This document shows positions 8,837 through 17,855 of a stretch of DNA of 64,000 bases, piece by piece. The stretch comes from Thermoplasmata archaeon (GTDB lineage: Archaea; Thermoplasmatota; Thermoplasmata; RBG-16-68-12). The stretch is taken from assembly GCA_035632695.1 (NCBI GenBank), contig DASQGG010000019.1:3701-67700 (forward strand). Direction: 5' to 3'. The notes beneath the pieces are model-generated. The model searched no databases. It was given only the letters and a program-made list of their open reading frames with translations, and was not told where the DNA came from. The translations under genes and the position numbers were made by a program. Positions within the stretch are counted from its first letter, which is position 1. Every line of letters begins with the position of its first letter.

Positions 8837-10123
8837 TCACGCCTCGAAAAGCTCCCGCGCGGTCTCCTGGGCGCGTTCGAGGACCGCATCTTCGTCGACG
8901 GTCCGCACAACTCCCCCGGCCATGAGAACTTGGCCGTCGACGATCGTCGTCTGGACATCGCTGCCTCGGCTCGAGTAGACGAGATGGCTGATGACGTTTG
9001 CCGGATAAAAAGGCGTGGTGTGGGGACGCCGCAGATTCACCACGGCGAGGTCGGCGCGCTTCCCCACCTCGATCGAGCCGAGACGCTCGCTGACGTGGAG
9101 GGCCTCCGCGGCGTCGATGGTGACCATGTCGAGCGCGGTCTGAGCAGGGAGAACGCGCGCGTCCCAGCGCGTCGCCTTGTGGAGCAGGGAGGCCGTCTTC
9201 ATCTCGGCGAAGAGGTCCGCGGAGTTGTTGGACAGGGGCGAGTCGGTCCCGAGGCCCACGCTCACGCCCTGGGCGAACATCTCGGGAACGGGCGCCACGC
9301 CGCCCGAGGCGAGCTTCATGTTCGAGACGGGGCAGTGGGCGACGCTCACGCCGTGGCGAGCGAGGATGCGCACCTCGTTGAGGGTGAGCCACACGGCGTG
9401 CGCGACGTTCAGCCGCGGATCGAGAAGGCCGATCCTCTCGAGCCACTCCGCGGGACGCATCCCGGTCTTCGCGACGTGGTCGTAGACCTCCTTCCGAGTT
9501 TCGGAGAGATGCGCGTGGAGGCGCACGTCGCGGTGGGTGGCGACCTCGCGGGCGCGGAGAAACGTTTCCTCGGACGCGACGTAGACGCCTTGGACGCCTA
9601 CGGAGGGCGTGACGAGCGGGTCGCCGAGGTGCTTCGCGACGAACGCGTCCGCGTTCTTCACCGGGTCGCCGTGCTGGGTCGTGTACGCCGAGTCGAGCGT
9701 CACCCACGACAGGAAACCGCGCATCCCGGACTCCCGCACGGCCCGGGCGACCTCGTCCTCCCAGTAGAAGAGGTCCTGGAAGCTCGTGGTCCCCGACCGG
9801 ATCATCTCGAGGCAGGCGAGGAGGGCGCCAATCTGCACGTCCCGCCGGGTGAGCTTCGCGTCGATTGCGAAAGATTTCGTCAGCAACTCCTCGAGCGGCA
9901 TGTCGTCCGCGATGCCTCGGAGGAGCGTGTTGGCCGCGTGCTGGTGGAGGTTGATGAGGCCGGGGAGGACAGCGCAGCCCGAGCAGTCCAGGACTTCGTC
10001 CGCGCGGTCCTGCGTCTCGCCGATCGCCGCAATCCGACCTCCGTCCACGAAGACGTTTCCGCGCACGATGCGGCGTCCGGAATCCTGCGTGACGACGAGG
10101 CCGTTCTTCAGGAGGAGGGACAT
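8837..10123 (-). CDS. Amidohydrolase of the MtaD/SAH-deaminase/chlorohydrolase family. The start is trimmed to MSLLLKNGLVV.
   Basis: The product has a metal-dependent hydrolase HxH motif (LPGLINLHQHAANT) and DSPLSNN/HCP motifs typical of 5-methylthioadenosine/S-adenosylhomocysteine deaminases. Confidence 0.65.
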   Translation of the reverse strand: MSLLLKNGLVVTQDSGRRIVRGNVFVDGGRIAAIGETQDRADEVLDCSGCAVLPGLINLHQHAANTLLRGIADDMPLEELLTKSFAIDAKLTRRDVQIGALLACLEMIRSGTTSFQDLFYWEDEVARAVRESGMRGFLSWVTLDSAYTTQHGDPVKNADAFVAKHLGDPLVTPSVGVQGVYVASEETFLRAREVATHRDVRLHAHLSETRKEVYDHVAKTGMRPAEWLERIGLLDPRLNVAHAVWLTLNEVRILARHGVSVAHCPVSNMKLASGGVAPVPEMFAQGVSVGLGTDSPLSNNSADLFAEMKTASLLHKATRWDARVLPAQTALDMVTIDAAEALHVSERLGSIEVGKRADLAVVNLRRPHTTPFYPANVISHLVYSSRGSDVQTTIVDGQVLMAGGVVRTVDEDAVLERAQETARELFEA

Positions 10124-10398
10124 CGGTCCGCGGCCGATGGGGGGAAGGCTAGAAAGGTTTTGTGGGGCGCCCACCACACTCTACGGTCTAGTGGTGAAGG
10201 TGGTATGCTGGCGCTGTCGCGTCCGGGCTTCGAGTTGCGTCGCGAACCCCCCTCGTACCGAGCTCCCCCGCCGGACACGCCTTCACGGAATCCACGAGCT
10301 CGCTCGGTAGCTCCGTTTGGATGTAGTGACAGGCCGCCACAACACGAGGGGGACGAATGACCGCCTATCCGCCCGATCGTTCCTGGGTCGCGTGCGGC

Positions 10399-11229
10399 TC
10401 ACTTTCGGGCCGTGAACACGAGCCACTTCGCCTGCGGCATACGCCTCGGGCGGATCATCCAATCCGGGTAGCAGGCGGGGTCACGGAAACCGGCATCCTC
10501 CAACATGCGGATGATGTCCGAATACGTAAAGAAGCGGAGGCGTTCCCGGTCCCGGAATTCGTGGCGGCCATCCGGCGCCTCGATCTCGATGCTCTCGGAT
10601 AGCCATCCCCAGCCGCGCATGGGGTCGATGTCTTGGAACTGACTCATCTCCGTCATCCGGATGCCCGGGGCTCGCGATTTCACGACCTGGCGTTGGCGCT
10701 GGATCAGGCGTCCCAGGCTGCGGGGTCCCGACGAGAAGGGGTTGAACACGTTGCACACGAAGAGCCCGCCGCGTCGGAGAGAGTTGTGGGCTTGGCGGAG
10801 GCATTTCGCCACATCGTCATCGCTCGGCAGGAGAAAGAGGATGTAGAGGGCCAAGACCGCATCGAATTCAGATGTGTAGGGGAGTCTCGTCGCGTCTCCC
10901 TGAGAAAGAGGCAACGAGAGCCCGGAGCGCTTGGCCCGAGCTCGGGCCATGGCCACGCGATCGGGCGTGAGGTCTTGGCCCACGCATTCGTATCCCCTTC
11001 GCGCAAGGCCGACCACGTGACGCCCGCCTCCACAGGCGACATCGAGGACACGCCGTACCGAGCGAGTCGCCTGGTCCTTGAACACGCGTTCGAGGAACTC
11101 AAGTTCCTTCTCGGTTGCGGGGTCGCGGTTCTTGCGTTGCGCGAGGAGGTCGTAGTAGAACGCGCGATTCGCATAGTAGGATCGGGACGACTTCAAGACG
11201 GTTTCCCGGTCCACGAGCCCAGACACCAT
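10399..11229 (-). CDS. Class I SAM-dependent methyltransferase. The ORF's Arg-rich 176 aa upstream extension is discarded.
   Basis: Methyltransferase motif I VLDVACGGGRH. The start MVSGLVDRET was chosen because the upstream translation is low-complexity RS-rich. Confidence 0.6.
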   Translation of the reverse strand: MVSGLVDRETVLKSSRSYYANRAFYYDLLAQRKNRDPATEKELEFLERVFKDQATRSVRRVLDVACGGGRHVVGLARRGYECVGQDLTPDRVAMARARAKRSGLSLPLSQGDATRLPYTSEFDAVLALYILFLLPSDDDVAKCLRQAHNSLRRGGLFVCNVFNPFSSGPRSLGRLIQRQRQVVKSRAPGIRMTEMSQFQDIDPMRGWGWLSESIEIEAPDGRHEFRDRERLRFFTYSDIIRMLEDAGFRDPACYPDWMIRPRRMPQAKWLVFTARK

Positions 11230-11374
11230 GCACCCAGGATTCGTACCTGGGTTCTTATGCGATGCGGCTGTGCGCTCGAGGAAGATAGGGGCCGAGGGCG
11301 ACTCGACCCTAGCGATGGGCGGGCGTACGCAAAGCGCTGCGGGAGTATCCGCAAGGTTTTGTGGACCTGACCGC

Positions 11375-12319
11375 ATGTGGGACGCAGTGAGCATCCGATT
11401 CGAGGAGGCGCTGGCCGCGACCGTCGCGAGCATCCCCCACGGCAAGGTCGCGACTTGCGGGGTCGTCGCGCGAACCCTCGGCGACGTCCGCGCGGCCCGT
11501 GCGGTCGCGGAGTGGCTCGCGGAACGCCCGTACCTCGACCCGGGAGGGCAGGTCGTGCGCGCCGACGGTCGGCCCGTCCTTTCCCGGGCGGGTGCACCTC
11601 TCCCTGCGAGGTCGAGGGAGTCCCCCCCACGTCCCGCGGACCGCGGTGCCTTCGTAGACCGCCTCGATGGACCCTCCCTCCTATCGGACCTCCGAAATGA
11701 ACAGGTTCGTCTGGCGGCCCAGGTGCGAGAGCGGGATGGCCCCTTGAGCGTACGCACGTTGGGCGGCGTGGACGTGGCCTACATGGGCCAGAAGGGGATC
11801 GCGGCCGCCGCATTGCTGGACGCGACCACCCTGGAGGTTCTCGAGACCGCGGTGCGTACGGTCGACGTGGACTTTCCGTACATCCCCTCGTACCTGGCCT
11901 TCCGAGAGTTCCCCGCCGTTCGGGAGGCCGTCCGCGGCCTCTCGCGGACGCCTGACCTGCTCTTCGTCGACGGGCACGGCCGTCTCCATCCGGCCCTCTT
12001 CGGGTTCGCGTGCTTCGCGGGCGTGTCCCTGGACCTTCCCACGATAGGGGTTGCGAAGCATCCGCTCGCCGGAACGCCGCGGCCCACGCAGAGCACGGAG
12101 GACGGCGCCATCCCCATCGAGCTCCAAGGTGAAGTGCGAGGATACGCGTGGCGACCCCCGCGGGCTTCCCGCGCGTTCTACGTCTCCGTGGGCCATCGGC
12201 TCTCCCTGGAGAACGCTCTCGCGTGGGCGCGAGCGAGCACGCGGGACCATTACCCTGAACCGCTCCGAGTCGCCGACCGGCTGTCCAAGGAGGCCAAAGG
12301 AAGCCGCCCGGGAAGATAA
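11375..12319 (+). CDS. nfi: Fusion protein: an MGMT-like (O6-alkylguanine-DNA alkyltransferase-like) N-terminal domain joined to endonuclease V (deoxyinosine 3' endonuclease).
   Basis: The N-terminus has IPHGKVATCGVVA (an MGMT-like DNA-binding domain). The C-terminus has the EndoV core (VDVAYMG...VDFPYIPSYLAFREFPAV...LLFVDGHGRLHPALFGFACFAGV...IGVAKHPL). A GTG at 11387 would make the mRNA leaderless relative to the TTTTGTGG element at 11356. Confidence 0.75.
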   Translation: MWDAVSIRFEEALAATVASIPHGKVATCGVVARTLGDVRAARAVAEWLAERPYLDPGGQVVRADGRPVLSRAGAPLPARSRESPPRPADRGAFVDRLDGPSLLSDLRNEQVRLAAQVRERDGPLSVRTLGGVDVAYMGQKGIAAAALLDATTLEVLETAVRTVDVDFPYIPSYLAFREFPAVREAVRGLSRTPDLLFVDGHGRLHPALFGFACFAGVSLDLPTIGVAKHPLAGTPRPTQSTEDGAIPIELQGEVRGYAWRPPRASRAFYVSVGHRLSLENALAWARASTRDHYPEPLRVADRLSKEAKGSRPGR

Positions 12320-12397
12320 ATTGACCTGTTATTATATAATCAATCATATTCTTATCTCGTCGAAAACGTTTTCGCCCACCTCCCGCATCCCGGGGTC

Positions 12398-13306
12398 GTG
12401 GACATCCTCGTGTTCGGTGCAGGCGCAACGGGCAGCCTGATTGGCGGGCTCCTGTCCGTGCGGCATGACGTGACCCTCGTGGGACGAGGCGACCACATGG
12501 AAGCAATCCGTTCCCGCGGGCTGCGGATCACCGGGAAGACCGCCCGGGTGGTCCACCCGGAGACCGCGACGCGCATCCCGCCCGGCGCCCACCCTCAGCT
12601 CATCGTCGTGAGCACGAAGGCCTACGACACCGCAGCGGCCATGTTCCCCCTCAAGCGATTCGCGGCGTCCGCCGTGTTCCTGACGCTCCAGAATGGACTC
12701 GACAACCCGGAGATCATCGGACGCACCGCGAAGCGCGTGATCGCGGGCACCACGTCGCACGGCGTCACGGTCCTGGGCCTCGGGGAGATTCGCCACGCCG
12801 GCATCGGAGACACCGTGGTGGGCGGCTGGCAGGGCGTGGAACCGGAGGACGTGGTCCGTGTCCGCGATGTGCTGGAGGAGGCGGGCTTCCGTACGCGGAT
12901 CTCAAAGGACATCCGGGTGGATCTCTGGGCTAAGCTCGTGGTGAACGCGGCGATCAATCCCCTCGCGGCCCTCGCGGGCGTCCCGAACGGGCGTCTCGTT
13001 CGCGACCGCGACCTGTCCCGGCTCCTCGACGAAGTAGGCCGCGAGGCGCTGGCGGTCGCGGCGGCGGAGGGGGTGCCGCTGGACCGCGAAGACACCCTCC
13101 GAAGGACGCGGCTCGTCGCCCGCCGCACGGCGTCGAACCGAGCGAGCATGCTTAAGGACCTGTATCACTGCCGGAGGACCGAGATCGACGCGATTACGGG
13201 CGCCATCCTTCGGACCGCGGAACGTCACGGCTTGGAGGCCCCGCGGAACCGTACGCTGTACGCGCTGATCCGAGCCCGGGAGACCGCGGCGGCCGAGTCG
13301 GCCTGA
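12398..13306 (+). CDS. panE: 2-dehydropantoate 2-reductase (ketopantoate reductase, ApbA/PanE family), GTG start.
   Basis: The product has an N-terminal Rossmann ILVFGAGATGSLIGGLL and a PanE C-terminal domain. An AT-rich promoter island lies upstream (ttattatataatcaatcatattc). Confidence 0.7.
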   Translation: MDILVFGAGATGSLIGGLLSVRHDVTLVGRGDHMEAIRSRGLRITGKTARVVHPETATRIPPGAHPQLIVVSTKAYDTAAAMFPLKRFAASAVFLTLQNGLDNPEIIGRTAKRVIAGTTSHGVTVLGLGEIRHAGIGDTVVGGWQGVEPEDVVRVRDVLEEAGFRTRISKDIRVDLWAKLVVNAAINPLAALAGVPNGRLVRDRDLSRLLDEVGREALAVAAAEGVPLDREDTLRRTRLVARRTASNRASMLKDLYHCRRTEIDAITGAILRTAERHGLEAPRNRTLYALIRARETAAAESA

Positions 13307-13357
13307 CCGTCCGCGATCGGGCTTGTCCACGGGGGAATTCGGAACCGGGGGGTCAAT

Positions 13358-13381
13358 CTTTATAAAGGGCTATTTAAATCC
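13358..13381 (+). promoter_or_regulatory. Tandem TATA elements (TTTATAAAGGGCTATTTAAAT) upstream of the TBP gene.
   Basis: This is the strongest AT-rich TATA-like stretch in the window. It lies 55-75 bp upstream of the TTG start at 13436, with a GGAGG SD 8 nt upstream. Confidence 0.5.
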
Positions 13382-13435
13382 CCAGGGGTCCAAGGGGCGG
13401 GGAGGCCGGCTCTCCGTCCGCTCGGAGGCATCTCC

Positions 13436-13984
13436 TTGGCGAAAATCAAGATCGAGAACGTCGTCGCGTCGACCTCCCTCGGGGAGGAGCTGGACCTCCA
13501 GGCGATCGCCCTCGCCCTCGGCGGCGCGGAGTACGAGCCGGAGCAGTTCCCGGGCCTGATCTACCGCCTCAAGGAGCCCAAGACGGCGACCCTCCTCTTC
13601 CGGAGCGGCAAGGTCGTGTGCACGGGTGCGAAGAGCCTGGAGCACGTGAAGACTGCGATCGACCTGGTCGCGAAGCAGATCGAGGCGGCGGGCATCCCCA
13701 TCAAGAAGAACCCGGAGATCGAGGTCCAGAACATCGTGGCGTCCTCGGACCTTGGCACGGAGATCAACCTGAACGCCATCGCGATCTCCCTGGGCTTGGA
13801 GAAGGTCGAGTACGAGCCCGAGCAGTTCCCCGGCCTCGTGTACCGCATCGACGTGCCCAAGGTCGTCGTCCTCCTGTTCGGGAGCGGCAAGCTGGTCTGC
13901 ACGGGAGCCCGCAAACCCTCCGACGTCGAGGAGGCCGTGGAAAAGATCACCGCGGAGCTCAAGGCCGCAGGCCTCCTGCGCTGA
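13436..13984 (+). CDS. tbp: TATA-box binding protein (TBP), TTG start.
   Basis: Two direct TBP repeats are present (IENVVASTSLGEELDLQAIA...LLFRSGKVVCTGAKS and VQNIVASSDLGTEINLNAIA...LLFGSGKLVCTGARK). Confidence 0.95.
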   Translation: MAKIKIENVVASTSLGEELDLQAIALALGGAEYEPEQFPGLIYRLKEPKTATLLFRSGKVVCTGAKSLEHVKTAIDLVAKQIEAAGIPIKKNPEIEVQNIVASSDLGTEINLNAIAISLGLEKVEYEPEQFPGLVYRIDVPKVVVLLFGSGKLVCTGARKPSDVEEAVEKITAELKAAGLLR

Positions 13985-14040
13985 CGTCCCTGGGCGCGCG
14001 GTACCGATTGTCGGGGCAAGCCCTTCGACGTAAGGGCGAA

Positions 14041-14052
14041 CGGTTTATCGCC
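14041..14052 (+). promoter_or_regulatory. BRE/TATA-like element AACGGTTTATCG about 35 bp upstream of the tatD-like gene.
   Basis: It matches the recurrent GTTTATC promoter-like motif of this window. The spacing to the ATG at 14088 is consistent with a short leader. Confidence 0.35.
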
Positions 14053-14087
14053 CTCCGGGGCGTGCGAGGGAGCAGGGGAAAGCCCGG

Positions 14088-14933
14088 ATGGCCAAGCGCC
14101 TGCCCATCTTCGACAACCACATTCACTTCCGCCCCGAGTTCCTGGGGGTCGAGGGCGCCAAGCTGTTCGAGAAGGCGGGCGGCACGGCCCTTCTCTTGAC
14201 CCATTCGCCCTACGAGGACATTCCCATCAGCCACGGGTCGGACTACGACCGCGCGTACCGAAAGACCCTCGCCATGGCGGACGCGATCCGCGCGGCGACC
14301 CACCTCCAGGTCTTCGTCGCCCTAGGCCCGTATCCTGTGGAGTGCCTTCATCTGAAGGAAGTGCAGGGGCTTGACGCCGCGGTCGCGGCGATGCGCCAGG
14401 GACTCGACCTCGCGTCTCGGTACATCGCGCAGGGGAAGGCCGTGGCGATCGGCGAAATCGGGCGTCCACACTTCCCCGTCGGCCCGGAAATCATCACGGC
14501 GTGCAATGAGGTCATGCGGTACGCGATGGAGGCGGCGAAGCGCCTCGGATGCGCCGTGGTCCTCCACACGGAAGACCCGACCCCGGAGACGTTCGCGGAA
14601 TTCGCATCGATCGCGACGAAGGCAGGGCTTGACAGGAACCGCGTGGTCAAGCACCATTCTACCCCACTCACGCGGCCCGAGGACACGCACGGTCTCGTGC
14701 CATCCATCCTGGCGAAGGAGGTCCTCGTCACGGAGGCCCTCAAAGGCGGGCCGAACTTCATGCTCGAGACGGACTACATCGATGACCCGAAGCGGCCCGG
14801 GGCCGTCCTGGGGCCCGCAACGGTGCCCAAGAAGACCCGCGCGTGGATCGAAAAGAACGTGATGACCGAGGACCAGGCGTGGGTCATCCACAAGGAAGTG
14901 CCCGAGCGCACGTACCACGTGCAGCTCGCGTGA
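14088..14933 (+). CDS. TatD-family metal-dependent hydrolase (TatD-related DNase).
   Basis: The product has the N-terminal IFDNHIHF motif and later HTED and acidic residues typical of the TatD TIM-barrel hydrolases. Confidence 0.55.
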   Translation: MAKRLPIFDNHIHFRPEFLGVEGAKLFEKAGGTALLLTHSPYEDIPISHGSDYDRAYRKTLAMADAIRAATHLQVFVALGPYPVECLHLKEVQGLDAAVAAMRQGLDLASRYIAQGKAVAIGEIGRPHFPVGPEIITACNEVMRYAMEAAKRLGCAVVLHTEDPTPETFAEFASIATKAGLDRNRVVKHHSTPLTRPEDTHGLVPSILAKEVLVTEALKGGPNFMLETDYIDDPKRPGAVLGPATVPKKTRAWIEKNVMTEDQAWVIHKEVPERTYHVQLA

Positions 14934-15161
14934 GGCTCAGCCCGACGAGGACCGCCCGTGAAGGGCAGCGCCCCGGCGAGGGGTGCCCGGGCCTTCCGCG
15001 AGCGGGTTAGCACAAACACGACGGCCGTGGGCTCGAAGACGATTCCCGGGGGACCCGGCCGGGGCCCCGGCGGAAGGTGACATCCCCCCCGACATCCACG
15101 GTTCCCCAATCCGGACATGTGGGGACAAACCCTCGCCGTTTCGGGCCCGTGGAACGCGAGA

Positions 15162-15437
15162 TCACCGCCGGATCTCGAACCCGCGGAACTCTCCCGTGGC
15201 CGTCCCCCACTCGACGTCCACGGAGGACACGCGCGCCGCAGGCTGAGCGTTGCGGTTCCAATCGATGCACTCCTCGATCAACGCACGCTCCCCCTCGAAC
15301 ACGGCCTCGACGCTACCCCCGGGAAGGTTGCGGACATAGCCGTCGAGCTCGAGGGACTGCGCCTTCTCCTCGCAGTGTGCCCGGAAGTACACGCCCTGCA
15401 CGCGCCCATGGAAGACGGCCGTCGCGCGGACCCGCAT
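15162..15437 (-). CDS. acyP: Acylphosphatase. The ORF is trimmed to MRVRATAVFHGRVQGVYFR.
   Basis: The product has the acylphosphatase signatures VxGxVQGVxFR and GYVRNLPGGSVEAVFEG. It is 91 aa. Confidence 0.8.
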   Translation of the reverse strand: MRVRATAVFHGRVQGVYFRAHCEEKAQSLELDGYVRNLPGGSVEAVFEGERALIEECIDWNRNAQPAARVSSVDVEWGTATGEFRGFEIRR

Positions 15438-15461
15438 CCGCTTCCGAACGGACGCTCGCCA

Positions 15462-15474
15462 AATAAGGTTATTA
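15462..15474 (+). promoter_or_regulatory. Divergent-promoter TATA element AAGGTTATTATAG between acyP and the CBS-domain gene.
   Basis: It lies 43 bp upstream of the CBS gene ATG (15517) and about 25 bp upstream of the acyP start on the other strand. It matches the AAGGTTWT family. Confidence 0.4.
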
Positions 15475-15516
15475 TAGACCGACCTGCTACGGAAGGTTCC
15501 CGCGAGGGATTCTGGC

Positions 15517-16665
15517 ATGCCAGGTCGAAGAGTGCAGGACCTCACGGTGTCCGAGTACCTAACCCGGGAGGTCGTGTGGGCCGCGCCCGACGACGACCTC
15601 GGCGAAGTCCTCGGAAAGATGAAGAAGTACGATGTCCACGAGATCCCCGTCGGCCGCAAGGGGAAGCTCCAGGGGGTCGTGACCCTCCGCGAGCTCATGA
15701 AACGCCACAACGTGCCGCCCACGACGAAGTTGTCCTCGGTCCTCGTGAAGGCGCCGGTCGTGAGCCCAACCGCGACCCTGCCTGCGGCCGCGGAGGAGCT
15801 CATCACGACGGGCTTCCGCGCCCTCCCTGTCGTGGAGCGGAAGACACTCCTCGGGATCATCTCCCGCACGGACCTCGTGCGCGCCCTGGTCGACGCGAAG
15901 GCGCTCGGGGGACTCGCGGTCCGGGACTTCATGACGCCCAACCCTCAGGCCGTGTCCGAGGACGACACGATCGATCGTGCCGTCCACGTCATGCAGTCCC
16001 TCGGGGAGCGCTCCCTCCCCGTGGTGGACAAGAACCGCCGCCTCAAGGGCGTGATCGGGATGAAGGACGTGACGGACCTCTTCGCCCGGCCCAAGATGCG
16101 CCAGCGGTACGGGGAGCGCGCCGGGACCGAAACCAAGGTGGAGCTTCAAGTCAAGGGCGCCATGCACTACCCGCCCGTCACCATGGGCGCGGAGGGGGAA
16201 CTCGCCCACGCCGCGGAACTCATGCTGAAGAACGATGTCTCAAGCGTCATCATCACGGAGAAGGATGAGCCCGTCGGAATCGTGACCAAGCTGGACCTCA
16301 TGCATTTCCTGGCGGGCCTCCGACCCCGCGACCAGCTCTTCGTGGAGATCAGCGGCCTGGAGGACGAGCCCGCCGAGACGTACGACACGATCTACTCGAC
16401 GGTCCAGAAGGAGATGCGCCGGATCGCGCAGCTCGTGACCCCGAAGACGCTCTCGCTCCACGTCCAGAAGTACAAGCCGAACGGCGACCGATGGAAGTAC
16501 TCCATCCGCTGCCGATTCCAGACGGCCCACCAAATGTACTACGCGAACCACTTCGACTGGGATCTCCACCTGGCGTTGCGGGATCTCCTGGAGATCCTGT
16601 ACAAGCGGATCGTGAAGGACAAGGAGCGGATGATCACCGAGCGCAAGCTCGGGCGTTCAACGTAG
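15517..16665 (+). CDS. CBS-domain protein (four CBS motifs plus a C-terminal domain of about 120 aa of unknown function).
   Basis: Repeated CBS signatures are present (VHEIPV..GKLQGVVTLRELM; ALPVVER.TLLGIISRTDLV; SLPVVDKNRRLKGVIGMKDV; VSSVIITEKDEPVGIVTKLDLM). Confidence 0.75.
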   Translation: MPGRRVQDLTVSEYLTREVVWAAPDDDLGEVLGKMKKYDVHEIPVGRKGKLQGVVTLRELMKRHNVPPTTKLSSVLVKAPVVSPTATLPAAAEELITTGFRALPVVERKTLLGIISRTDLVRALVDAKALGGLAVRDFMTPNPQAVSEDDTIDRAVHVMQSLGERSLPVVDKNRRLKGVIGMKDVTDLFARPKMRQRYGERAGTETKVELQVKGAMHYPPVTMGAEGELAHAAELMLKNDVSSVIITEKDEPVGIVTKLDLMHFLAGLRPRDQLFVEISGLEDEPAETYDTIYSTVQKEMRRIAQLVTPKTLSLHVQKYKPNGDRWKYSIRCRFQTAHQMYYANHFDWDLHLALRDLLEILYKRIVKDKERMITERKLGRST

Positions 16666-17664
16666 GTTCCAGAACTCCTTGTGGGCCCGCTTGGTCGCCT
16701 CGACCCCCGGACGTCCCTTGCCCTTCGCATCGAGGAGCTGCGTGAGCTCGAGATCGACGCGGCGGTGCCGGAGCCGCGCGACGACGCCGGCGTAGACCTC
16801 GGAGAGGGCTTGCAGGTGGTACCCGCCCTCCAGGGCGACGACGAAGCGGTTGCCGCACACCTCCTTGGCGAGGCCCGCGCTCCACGTCACGAGGTCCACG
16901 TACCCCGGGGAGGACAGGGAGAGGCCCGTGAGAGGGTCGCGGTAGTGAGCGTCGATCCCCAGGCTCACGAGGATCACGTCGGGCTTGTAGGCCCGTACTA
17001 CGGGCTCGACGATCTCGCCGTACGCGATGCGAAACGACTCGTCGCCGCAGCCCGCGGTGAAGGGGATGTTCACGTTGAAGCCGCGTCCTTCTCCCTTGCC
17101 GACGTCCTCCGCGGCGCCGGTCCCCGGGTAGATACCGTATTGGTGCGTGGAGATGTAGAGGACCGCGGCCTCGTCCTCGAAGATCTCGCTCGTGCCGTTC
17201 CCGTGGTGGGCGTCGTAGTCCAGGATTGCGACGCGGCGGCCTTGGGCCACCTGGTCCGCCGCAGCCGCGGCCACGTTGTTCAGGTAGCAGAAGCCGCCGC
17301 CGTAGTCGGGGCCGGCGTGGTGCCCCGGAGGCCGCACGAGGGCCACCGCAGGGCGTCCCTCCTTTACCGCCTCGCGGGCCGCCTGCACGGTCGCTCCCGC
17401 GGCGAGCAGGGCGATGTCCCAGGTCTCCGGATGGACCGCGGTCTCCGGATCCAGGAATCCCTCGTTGAGGTCGCGAAAGAACTCGAGGAACGTCTGGCGA
17501 TGCACCCGGCGGAGCTCCCCGAGGCTCGCGGGGCCCGCGGAGCGGACGTCGGTCAGGAGCTCCTCCTTCCGAAGTCGCTCCACGATCGCTTGGAGGCGCT
17601 CGGGCCGCTCCACATGCATGGGGGACGAGATGTGCTCCAGGAATCTCGGGTCGTAGAAGAGCAC
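16657..17664 (-). CDS. Histone deacetylase-family protein (acetoin utilisation AcuC / acetylpolyamine amidohydrolase-like).
   Basis: The product has the HDAC catalytic motifs PPGHHA, ILDYDAHHGNGT and GGGYH. It is 335 aa. Confidence 0.8.
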   Translation of the reverse strand: MLFYDPRFLEHISSPMHVERPERLQAIVERLRKEELLTDVRSAGPASLGELRRVHRQTFLEFFRDLNEGFLDPETAVHPETWDIALLAAGATVQAAREAVKEGRPAVALVRPPGHHAGPDYGGGFCYLNNVAAAAADQVAQGRRVAILDYDAHHGNGTSEIFEDEAAVLYISTHQYGIYPGTGAAEDVGKGEGRGFNVNIPFTAGCGDESFRIAYGEIVEPVVRAYKPDVILVSLGIDAHYRDPLTGLSLSSPGYVDLVTWSAGLAKEVCGNRFVVALEGGYHLQALSEVYAGVVARLRHRRVDLELTQLLDAKGKGRPGVEATKRAHKEFWNLR

Positions 17665-17855
17665 GGTCGCTCCGCAACGGGTGCCGCCTCATCAAGCCAT
17701 CGTAGCGCTGCGGGCCCGAGCGCGAGGCCTTCGGCCCGGGCGCCGTCATGGTATCAGGAATAAAAATCAGCCGTGAGAACTTGTGAAAATCATGCCGTCA
17801 CCCTTAAGCAAGCCGCTCCGATAAGGAGAAGCGGCCGGGCATCAGAAGGGCGTTG

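Noticed and set aside
10357-10602. Plus-strand 81-aa ORF downstream of the orphan promoter-like motif.
   Set aside because: It lies mostly antisense to the methyltransferase gene and has a junk-like composition. It is more likely that any transcript here is non-coding.
10399-11757. A 452-aa ORF with a 176-aa Arg/Ser/Pro-rich N-terminal extension upstream of the methyltransferase domain.
   Set aside because: The extension is low-complexity translation typical of GC-rich non-coding or antisense DNA. A clean ATG (11229) precedes the methyltransferase domain. Similar spurious N-terminal extensions were trimmed for ftsZ, lig, etfA, fixC, leuD, FAH, the DUF1801 gene and the HisA/F-like gene.
15160-15200. 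A GGATCTCGAACC / GGTTCGAGATCC sequence resembling a tRNA T-arm near the 3' end of the 14934-15161 spacer.
   Set aside because: It lies inside the acyP coding region (it encodes ...GEFRGFEIRR), and no acceptor or anticodon stems could be built around it.
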